Shown: in pieces, positions 56,964 to 64,000 of the stretch
How positions within the stretch are numbered: position 1 is the stretch's first letter
Layout: every line of letters begins with the position of its first letter
From: Accumulibacter sp.
Lineage (GTDB): Bacteria; Pseudomonadota; Gammaproteobacteria; Burkholderiales; Rhodocyclaceae
DNA length: 64,000 bases
Assembly: GCF_035440685.1 (NCBI RefSeq)
Contig: NZ_DAORMW010000011.1
Strand: one strand, 5' to 3'
Made by a program: the position numbers and the translations under genes
The notes under the pieces: model-generated
The model's input: the letters and a program-made list of their open reading frames with translations, nothing else
The model's database searches: none
Told to the model about the DNA's origin: nothing

Positions 56964-57054
56964 GCGGCAGGAAACTCCAAGTGGTTGTCCGGCAGCCTTG
57001 GTCGTGCCGAGACTGCGGGGCGGTCGGGATGGTCGGGATGTGAGCGGGCAGCGG

Positions 57055-57927
57055 TCAGCGGAATATCACCGTCTTGTTGGCGTGCAGGAGCACGCGATCC
57101 TCGAGGTGATAGCGCAGCCCGCGTGCCAGTACCGCCTTTTCGATATCCTTGCCGTAGCGCACCATGTCTTCGACGGAGTCCGAATGATCGATGCGGATCA
57201 CGTCCTGCTCGATGATCGGTCCCTGGTCGAGTTCGCGGGTGACGTAATGGCAGGTCGCGCCGATCAGCTTGACGCCGCGCTGGAAAGCCTGATGGTAGGG
57301 CCGGGCGCCGACGAAACTGGGCAGAAATGAATGGTGGATGTTGATCATCTGTCCCGGGTAACGGGCGCACATCTCCGGCGGAAGAATTTGCATGTAACGG
57401 GCCAGGACCATGGTGTCGCCCCTGACCTCGTCGTAGATGCGACAGATTTCGGCGTGCGCGCCAATCTTGTTGTCGGCGCTGATCGGCACGTGGTGGAAAG
57501 GGATGCCGTGCCACTCGACGAAGGCCTTGAAGGTATCGTGATTCGAGATCACGCACGGGATCTCGATATCGAGCTCTTTCGACTGCCAGCGTGCCAGCAG
57601 GTCGTAAAGGCAGTGCTCCTGTTTGCTGACCATCAGCACGACGCGTCGCTTGACGGCCGAGTCACTGATCTTCCACTCCATCGACAGCTCTGCCGCCAGT
57701 GGCGCGAAGCGTTCGCGGAACTCGGCCAGATGAAAGGGCAGCGAATCGGCCTTTACCTGCATGCGCATGAAGTAGCGACTGCCATGGCCATCGTTGCCGT
57801 CGTCGGCGTGATAGCTCGATTCGAGAATCCAGCCGTTGTGCTGGGCGATGAAGCCCGAGATGCGGGAAATGATGCCGACCTGGTCGGGGCAGGATCCGGA
57901 AAGCGTGTAGAAACGTCTTGTCTGCAT
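57055..57927 (-). CDS. purU: formyltetrahydrofolate deformylase
   Basis: ACT domain LSGSCPDQVGIISRISGFI plus formyl-transferase core (INIHHSFLPSFVGARPYHQA, GVKLIGATCHYVT). Confidence 0.9.
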   Translation of the reverse strand: MQTRRFYTLSGSCPDQVGIISRISGFIAQHNGWILESSYHADDGNDGHGSRYFMRMQVKADSLPFHLAEFRERFAPLAAELSMEWKISDSAVKRRVVLMVSKQEHCLYDLLARWQSKELDIEIPCVISNHDTFKAFVEWHGIPFHHVPISADNKIGAHAEICRIYDEVRGDTMVLARYMQILPPEMCARYPGQMINIHHSFLPSFVGARPYHQAFQRGVKLIGATCHYVTRELDQGPIIEQDVIRIDHSDSVEDMVRYGKDIEKAVLARGLRYHLEDRVLLHANKTVIFR

Positions 57928-57939
57928 GCGGTGGCGATC

Positions 57940-58587
57940 CTAGGCTGCCGCGCGCGCGGCGAAGGCCTTGTCGATTTCGGCGCGCAGATCTGCGAAGGTC
58001 CGGGTGACCGGATACTGCGGGAATTCCTCGATCACTTTCTCGGGCGGGCGAAAGAGAATTCCGGCGTGCGCCTCTCCGAGCATCGCCGTGTCGTTGTACG
58101 AATCGCCGGCGGCGACGACCGAGAACCTGAGTTCCTTCAGGCGTTGCACGGCCTCGCGTTTCTGGTCGGGCATGCGCAGGCGGTAGTGCACCAGCTTGCC
58201 ATCGGCGTCGGCCTCCAGGCTGTGGCAGAACAGCGTCGGCCAGCCGAGCTGGCGCATCAGCGGGTGCGCAAATTCGTAGAAGGTATCCGAGAGGATGATC
58301 AGCTGGTAGGTCTCGCGCAGCCCGTCTACGAAAGCACGCGCCCCCTCGAGCGGTCCCATCTCGGCGATGACTTTCTGGATATCCGGCAGGCCGAGCTTGT
58401 TCTCGGCCAGGATGGCCAGTCGATAGCTCATCAGTTTGTCATAGTTGGGCTCGTCGCGCGTGGTGCGGCGCAGCTCTGGAATACCGGTGCGAGCGGCGAA
58501 TTCGATCCAGATTTCGGGGACGAGTACGCCTTCGAGGTCAAGGCAGACGATTTGCACGGCAGGCTCCCGGTGGGTGAGGTTTGGCAA
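57940..58587 (-). CDS. thrH: phosphoserine phosphatase / homoserine phosphotransferase ThrH
   Basis: VCLDLEGVLVPEIWIEFA, ILSDTFYEFA, AAGDSYNDTAML HAD motifs typical of ThrH. Confidence 0.8.
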   Translation of the reverse strand: MPNLTHREPAVQIVCLDLEGVLVPEIWIEFAARTGIPELRRTTRDEPNYDKLMSYRLAILAENKLGLPDIQKVIAEMGPLEGARAFVDGLRETYQLIILSDTFYEFAHPLMRQLGWPTLFCHSLEADADGKLVHYRLRMPDQKREAVQRLKELRFSVVAAGDSYNDTAMLGEAHAGILFRPPEKVIEEFPQYPVTRTFADLRAEIDKAFAARAAA

Positions 58588-58664
58588 AAGAGCGAGATTC
58601 TACCAAATCCGCCCTGCCAGGTCCGCAGAGCGACAGCGCGCGGGCGATCGCGTCGCTCGAGCGC

Positions 58665-60563
58665 TCACTCTCCCGTGCTGGGCTGCTCCTTCACTGCTTC
58701 GCTGACCGTCGACGCCAGTTGGCAGTGGCCGCGGCCGCTCTCCTTAGCCAGGTACATGGCGCGGTCGGCGGCCAGCAACAGGCGGTCGCTGTCGTCGGCG
58801 TCCTGCGGCCACAAGGCGACGCCGATGCTGGCGCCGACCTGGACCGCATGCCTGGCGATGGTCGCCGGGCGGCTCAGGGTGGCGATGATTTTGGCGCCGA
58901 CAGCCAGCGCTTGTGCTTCGTCGAGGACCCCCTCGACGACGACCACGAACTCGTCGCCACCGAGGCGAGCGACGGTATCGGAGACGCGCACGCATTCCTG
59001 CAGGCGGGTGGCGATGATCTCGAGCAACTGGTCGCCGATGGCGTGCCCGTGCGTGTCGTTGACCCATTTGAAGCCGTCAAGATCGATCATCAGCAGCGCA
59101 AAAATGTCGCCGCTGCGTGTGCTGCGGGCAATGATTCGCCGCAATTCGTCGTAAAGCAGGGCACGATTGGCCAGGCCGGTCAGCGGGTCGTGGTGCGCCA
59201 GCTTGCGCAGTTCCGCTTCGCTTTGGCGCAGGCGTTCATTGCTTTCGGCCAGTTCGAGGGTGCGCTGCATGACGCGTTGTTCGAGCGTTTTTTCCGACTG
59301 TCGCAAGGTTTCTACGGCGGCCTCTCTGGTGCGCAGTGTTTCCGCTTGCGCCGCCGCCATCTCGCGGCGCGCGCTGTTGATGCGATCGGCCAGGGCGAAG
59401 GAAAGCAAGAGAACTTCAAGCGCCGAACCGAACTGCAGGGCGAAGACGGTGAGCAGATTGGTCGGCAACCAGTTCAGCGCGCGTAGCGCAGAGACAGCCG
59501 CACCGAGCAGCAGCAGGCTCCAGGCGGCCAGGAACAGGCGTGCGCCCGCCTGGCGACGAAAGGCGCAAAGCGCGGCGGTCACGACCGCCACCACCGCGAA
59601 CGCTGCGCCGAGCAGCGCGGTGGCCATTCCCGCCGGGCGGTAGGCGTAAAAAACGGCCGTCGCGCCGGCGAGCACGAAGCTGGCCTGGAGGATGGCCAGC
59701 AAGCGGTCGCAGCGTGGGGTGGTCTTGGCCGTTTCGAGAAAGAGGCGCGTGAATAGCGCACTAAAGTAGCCGGTCGAGCAGAAACCGAGCGGAATGGCAA
59801 GATTCCCCCACGCCGGCCAATTGGGCCACAGGAACTGATTGCCCAGTCCAAGCATCGACAACTGTGCGATGCTCATCGAGAAAACGACACCCACGTAGGC
59901 CAGGTAGGCCCCTTCGCGGAGCGAGAAGTAGAGCAGCAGATTGTATAGACCGAGCGCCAGCAACATTCCAAAGTAGGTGGCCATCAGGCTATAGACGCCC
60001 TGGTCGTTGGCGTGCAAGGCGGCCGGCGACCATAGCGTCAAAGGAATGGTGAGGCTGCCGCTGGAGGCGACGCGCAGGTAGAGCTGCTGTTCGACGCCGG
60101 CGATCACTTCGAGCGGGAAGACGAGGTTGCGGTGCGCGAATGGCCGGCTGGCAAAAGGCGCCTGGTCGCCGGCATGTTGGCGTACCACGGTGTCGCCTCG
60201 GCGAACAAAGAGCGTCACGGAGTCGAGCGAGGGATAGCTGACCTCGAGTAGCCAGCGCGTCGCGGCCCCGAGTTCGGGAGTCAGCGTCAGACGCAGCCAG
60301 TAAGTCGTTGGCGAATAGCCGAAGTTGAGATCGCCGTCGCCGGCCTGCAGCTGGAACTGCCGCGCCGTCTCGGGGCGCTCGACGTCGGCCAGGGTGAGCT
60401 TTCCGCCGGGATCCTCGAGGATTTCGATGAACGGGCGCAAGGACAGCGAAGTGCTGTCGGCGGCGAGGCGCAGAGGAGGCTGAAGCGGCGCGTCTGCACC
60501 AGCCGGCAGCAGAACGGCGGCAATGGTCAGCAATAGCAGAACGATCGCCTGCAGAGTGCGCAT
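58665..60563 (-). CDS. 7TMR-DISM sensor diguanylate cyclase (GGDEF)
   Basis: ATG at 60563. Periplasmic DISMED2-like region, 7 TM helices, coiled coil, RLGGDEFVVVV. Confidence 0.85.
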   Translation of the reverse strand: MRTLQAIVLLLLTIAAVLLPAGADAPLQPPLRLAADSTSLSLRPFIEILEDPGGKLTLADVERPETARQFQLQAGDGDLNFGYSPTTYWLRLTLTPELGAATRWLLEVSYPSLDSVTLFVRRGDTVVRQHAGDQAPFASRPFAHRNLVFPLEVIAGVEQQLYLRVASSGSLTIPLTLWSPAALHANDQGVYSLMATYFGMLLALGLYNLLLYFSLREGAYLAYVGVVFSMSIAQLSMLGLGNQFLWPNWPAWGNLAIPLGFCSTGYFSALFTRLFLETAKTTPRCDRLLAILQASFVLAGATAVFYAYRPAGMATALLGAAFAVVAVVTAALCAFRRQAGARLFLAAWSLLLLGAAVSALRALNWLPTNLLTVFALQFGSALEVLLLSFALADRINSARREMAAAQAETLRTREAAVETLRQSEKTLEQRVMQRTLELAESNERLRQSEAELRKLAHHDPLTGLANRALLYDELRRIIARSTRSGDIFALLMIDLDGFKWVNDTHGHAIGDQLLEIIATRLQECVRVSDTVARLGGDEFVVVVEGVLDEAQALAVGAKIIATLSRPATIARHAVQVGASIGVALWPQDADDSDRLLLAADRAMYLAKESGRGHCQLASTVSEAVKEQPSTGE

Positions 60564-60700
60564 GCATTGGCTCCGATTACGCCTGGTCACAAGGCTCGTC
60601 TATAGTATACGCGGCTAGCGGGCGCTTCAGTCTGCGTGCCGGTGGCTGCGATGCGCCGGCGGGCCACCACGACCCGATGAGCTTATTGAAGGAGGAAGGC

Positions 60701-61279
60701 ATGCGTATTGCGGGCGGTTTGCTGGCCGTATGGATGTTGATCAGTGGCGCGGCGTCTGCCGACGAACTCGCGCCGGTTCCCGTACCGCAGACGCTCGAGC
60801 AGGCCGCGGCCCAACGCGAGCGCGCCGAGGCGCTGCGCGAGCAGGCCGAGGAGCGCTATCAGGCCGAACAGAATGGCTGCTACGAGAAGTTTCTGATGAG
60901 CGATTGCCTGGTGGCCGCCAAGAAGCGCTACAGTGCCTCGATGGTCGCGGCGCGCAAGCTTGATCAGCCGGCGATCGATTTTGAGCGTGCGGCGCGGCGG
61001 CAGGAACTCGAGGCCAAGGAAGCACAGCGCGCTGCCGACAATCTGGCGCGCCAGGCCGGGGAACAGGAGAGTGCTCAGCGCTACCGCGCCGAGCAATCGG
61101 CAAAGCGTGCCGAGCGCGAGGAAAAGCTGGCCGAGAAGGCGAGGAAAGCCGCCGAGGGGCGCCAGAAGACGGCCGCTGAGCAGGCCAAGCGGCAAGCCAA
61201 GCTCGATAAGCGGGCTCGGCAGGACGCCGAGCGAGAAGCCCGGAAAGCGGCGGAAGCTGCTGCCGCCGCCGGCAAGTAG
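60701..61279 (+). CDS. secreted Ala/Glu/Lys/Arg-rich coiled-coil protein
   Basis: ATG at 60701 after GAAGGAGGAAGG. Signal peptide MRIAGGLLAVWMLISGAASA; highly charged repetitive sequence. Confidence 0.65.
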   Translation: MRIAGGLLAVWMLISGAASADELAPVPVPQTLEQAAAQRERAEALREQAEERYQAEQNGCYEKFLMSDCLVAAKKRYSASMVAARKLDQPAIDFERAARRQELEAKEAQRAADNLARQAGEQESAQRYRAEQSAKRAEREEKLAEKARKAAEGRQKTAAEQAKRQAKLDKRARQDAEREARKAAEAAAAAGK

Positions 61280-61407
61280 GAAAGCAGGGCGGTCGCCCGC
61301 CCGGTCAACTGATCCTGCTGGCACTTCTTTGCCGGGGGGAAGGTGGCGCGCGCGTCTGCGCGTTTTACCGCGCTGGCCGACGCGCGGCCAGCATCGCTGT
61401 TGCTGCC

Positions 61408-63030
61408 TCAGGCGAGGCCCTGGCTGTCGAGGTACTCTTCGTAGGTGCCCAGGTAATTGACCAGCGTGCCGTCGAGGCGGATCTCCAGGATGCGCGTCGC
61501 CAGCGACGACACGAATTCGCGGTCGTGCGAGACGAAGGCCAGGGTTCCCTTGAACTTTTCCAGTGCCGTGTTGAGCGACTCGATGGACTCCATGTCGAGG
61601 TGGTTGGTCGGTTCGTCCATGACCAGCACGTTCGGCTTCATGAGCATCAGCTTGCCGAAAATCATCCGTCCCTGCTCGCCCCCGGAGATGACCTTTACCG
61701 GCTTGCCGACTTCGTTTCCCGAGAACAGCAGGCGTCCGAGGGTGCCGCGGATCAGCGTTTCGAGGTCGTCGCCCTCGGACGCGTTGGCGCGTGCGTAGCC
61801 GGCGATCCAGTCGGTCAGGTTGACGTCGCTTTCGAAATCCTTGGCATGGTCCTGGGCGTAGTAGCCCAGGCGTGCTTTCTCGGCCCACTTGATGCTGCCG
61901 CGTTGTGGCTGCAGCTCGCCCATCAGCAGCTTCAGCAGGGTCGTCTTGCCGACGCCGTTTTCGCCAATGATTGCCAGCCGATCGCCGCCGTTGAGGGTCA
62001 GGGTCAGTTTGTCGAAGATCTTTTGCTCGCTTCCCGGATAGGCGAAGCTCAGGTTTTCGATTTCGACGGCCTGCCGGTGCAGCTTCTCGCGCTCGTCGTA
62101 TTCGAAGCGGATCCAGGGGTACTGTCGCGATGACGGTTTGACGTCTTCCGGCTTGAGCTTTTCGATCAACTTGACGCGCGAGGTTGCCTGCTTGGCTTTG
62201 GAGGCATTGGCCGAAAAGCGGCGCACGAAATTCTGCAGGTCGGCGATGCGCTCCTTGGCCTTGGCATTGGCGTTCTGCTGGCGTTCACGGGCCTGCGCCG
62301 AGGCTTCCATGAAGTCATCGTAATTGCCCGGATAGACGGTGATCTTGCCGTAATCCAGGTCGGCCATGTGGGTGCACACCTGGTTGAGGAAGTGGCGATC
62401 GTGGGAAATGATGATCATCGTGCTGTTGCGCTCGTTGATCACGTTTTCCAGCCAGCGGATGGTGGCAATGTCGAGGTTGTTGGTCGGTTCGTCGAGCAGC
62501 AGGATCTCGGGGTTGGCGAACAGCGCTTGAATCAACAGTACGCGCAGCTTCCAGCCGGGTGCGACGTCGCTCATCGGGCCAAAATGCTGTTCGGCCGGGA
62601 TGCCGACGCCAAGCAGCAGTTCGCCGGCGCGCGCCTCGGCGGTGTAGCCGTCGTACTCGGCAAAGCGGCCTTCCAGTTCCGCCGCGTGCAGGTAGTCCTC
62701 TTCGCTCGCTTCCGGATTGGCGTAGATGGTGTCTTTCTCAACCATGCAGGCCCACATTTCCGCATGCCCCATCATCACCACGTCGATGACGCGTTGCTCT
62801 TCAAAGGCGAACTGATCCTGACGCAGGTACGCCATGCGCTCGTGCGCGTCCTTCGAGACGTTGCCGGCGGTCGCTTCCAGCTCGCCGTCGAGTATCTTCA
62901 TGAAAGTCGACTTGCCGGAGCCGTTAGCACCGATCAGGCCATAGCGGTAGCCTTCGCCGAACTTGACGGAGACATTTTCAAAAAGGGGCTTGACCCCGAA
63001 CTGCATGGTGATGTTGTTGGCAACGAGCAC
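61408..63030 (-). CDS. ybiT: ABC-F family ATPase YbiT-like
   Basis: GTG start. [46 protein letters not shown] is nearly collinear with E. coli YbiT as recalled; two ABC cassettes. Confidence 0.85.
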   Translation of the reverse strand: MLVANNITMQFGVKPLFENVSVKFGEGYRYGLIGANGSGKSTFMKILDGELEATAGNVSKDAHERMAYLRQDQFAFEEQRVIDVVMMGHAEMWACMVEKDTIYANPEASEEDYLHAAELEGRFAEYDGYTAEARAGELLLGVGIPAEQHFGPMSDVAPGWKLRVLLIQALFANPEILLLDEPTNNLDIATIRWLENVINERNSTMIIISHDRHFLNQVCTHMADLDYGKITVYPGNYDDFMEASAQARERQQNANAKAKERIADLQNFVRRFSANASKAKQATSRVKLIEKLKPEDVKPSSRQYPWIRFEYDEREKLHRQAVEIENLSFAYPGSEQKIFDKLTLTLNGGDRLAIIGENGVGKTTLLKLLMGELQPQRGSIKWAEKARLGYYAQDHAKDFESDVNLTDWIAGYARANASEGDDLETLIRGTLGRLLFSGNEVGKPVKVISGGEQGRMIFGKLMLMKPNVLVMDEPTNHLDMESIESLNTALEKFKGTLAFVSHDREFVSSLATRILEIRLDGTLVNYLGTYEEYLDSQGLA

Positions 63031-63198
63031 TAAGAAACCTCGGTAAAATCATTGAGTTGCAAATGGGGCGATATTGTACCTCAGGGTTTGGCGGCGTGCT
63101 TGCCTGGTAGCCGCGATGGCCTGCTTGCGCGGTGGTTTGGGCAGCGGCGTGCAGAGCGCCGCTTTTGAGACATCGGGTCGGCAGGTCCGGCTTCGGCG

Positions 63199-63822
63199 TC
63201 AGCGATTGTCCAATGCCAGCTTGACGCCGAAGGCGAGCAAGGCGACTCCGGCCAGTCGCGTCGCCAGCCGGCGTGCGCCGGGCAGGGTGGACAGCTTGCG
63301 TGCCACGGCGTTGCCCAGCAGTACCAGCCCGGCCTGGTAGAACAGGCTGATCAGGGTGACGTGCAGGACCATCGCGCCGAGGGTCAGTGGCGTGGCGTCG
63401 GCCTGCAGGAACAGCGGGAAGAAGGCCACGAAGAAGAGCATCACCTTGGGGTTGGTCAAACTGACTGCGAAGGCCTGGCGAAAAAACCGCCAGCCGCTCT
63501 GACGCGGTACGGATTCGGGGCCGCCAGCCGTTATCGGTTTTCGCAAGAGCTGGATACCCATCCAGCCGAGATATGCGGCTCCGAACCACTGCAAGCCCTG
63601 GAACAGCAGCGGCTGGGCGTTCATCACCGTAGCCAGGCCGGCAAGCGCGGCGAGCATGTACAGCAGGTCACCGAGCAGCGTGCCGACGACGGCTCCCAGT
63701 CCGGCGCCGACACCATTGCGCGCGGTGGCGTTGAGGATGGCCAGCGTGCCCGGGCCAGGAATCAGCTGGAAAACGACAATCGCGGCGATAAAGCTCGTGT
63801 AGTTCTGAATCTCGAACACCAA
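63199..63822 (-). CDS. LysE/RhtB family amino-acid exporter
   Basis: 207 aa, six TM helices, N-terminal QLIPGPGTLAILN and NPKVMLFF motifs. Confidence 0.85.
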   Translation of the reverse strand: MVFEIQNYTSFIAAIVVFQLIPGPGTLAILNATARNGVGAGLGAVVGTLLGDLLYMLAALAGLATVMNAQPLLFQGLQWFGAAYLGWMGIQLLRKPITAGGPESVPRQSGWRFFRQAFAVSLTNPKVMLFFVAFFPLFLQADATPLTLGAMVLHVTLISLFYQAGLVLLGNAVARKLSTLPGARRLATRLAGVALLAFGVKLALDNR

Positions 63823-63855
63823 TTTTTCCCAGGCTGTCTGGCACCTAGCCCCGGC

Positions 63856-64000
63856 TCAGGCGTGATCGACAGCGACGCGGTTCACCGCCAGCAAGGTATC
63901 GAGCTCCAGCCACAAAGGGTCGCAGAGGCCTTCGCGGTAAGCCGAGCGTTTAAAGCTCGCATGTTCGTTGCGATAGACGGCCATCAGGCCGCGCCGGTCA
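63856..64000 (-). CDS. 3' end of an unidentified CDS running off the window
   Basis: Open minus-strand frame ...DRRGLMAVYRNEHASFKRSAYREGLCDPLWLELDTLLAVNRVAVDHA-stop (TGA at 63856-63858); no domain recognised. Confidence 0.3.
   Translation of the reverse strand, partial: DRRGLMAVYRNEHASFKRSAYREGLCDPLWLELDTLLAVNRVAVDHA

Noticed and set aside
63143-63170. Hairpin AGCGGCG-TGCAGA-GCGCCGCT followed by TTTTGAG as a terminator
   Set aside because: The T-run is on the plus strand, where no gene ends. The neighbouring genes (ybiT-like, lysE-like) are both on the minus strand, so the assignment is unsupported.

Overview
High-GC (about 63-66% by eye) chromosomal segment whose gene content looks betaproteobacterial, possibly Rhodocyclales-like (inference only). 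About 55 genes are supportable.

Housekeeping and respiratory content:
- fadH plus a TetR regulator, and cutA-dsbD.
- A periplasmic nitrate reductase cluster napDAGHB, with napF encoded separately about 3 kb beyond napB on the opposite strand.
- zapB-zapA followed by a 6S RNA.
- A cobalamin riboswitch in front of a TonB-receptor/ABC-importer operon, plus bluB.
- purU, thrH, two ABC-F ATPases (yheS-like, ybiT-like), two GGDEF proteins and a hemerythrin.
- A 1156-aa GH18-like/NodB/GT2 fusion polysaccharide synthase.

Four accessory regions stand out:
1. 0.8-9.0 kb is a defence-island-like stretch. It has a low-GC PvuRts1I/AbaSI-like modification-dependent nuclease, then a minus-strand cassette: tandem AAA+ ATPase, phosphatase-fold protein with the catalytic Cys and Arg replaced, WYL regulator, acidic hypothetical protein, and possibly a Nudix hydrolase.
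2. 26.1-31.8 kb holds a translationally coupled pair. The first gene is a TIR-domain protein with two extra TIR-like/DUF4062-like modules. The second is a 1388-aa STAND P-loop NTPase with coiled coil, hydrophobic helix and 16 WD40 repeats.
3. 32.5-36.1 kb is a glycosyltransferase-cytochrome P450-methyltransferase operon. It is followed by a low-GC lipoprotein insertion and a leftover 3' fragment of a paralogous methyltransferase.
4. 39.0-41.9 kb encodes an ACP-fatty acyl-AMP ligase-acyltransferase tri-domain fusion.

Other observations:
- A small hairpin-containing dispersed repeat occurs at least three times; one copy sits inside the nap operon.
- No tRNA, rRNA, CRISPR array, integrase or transposase could be supported.
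- All domain calls come from motifs read by eye in the translated ORFs. No database search was run.
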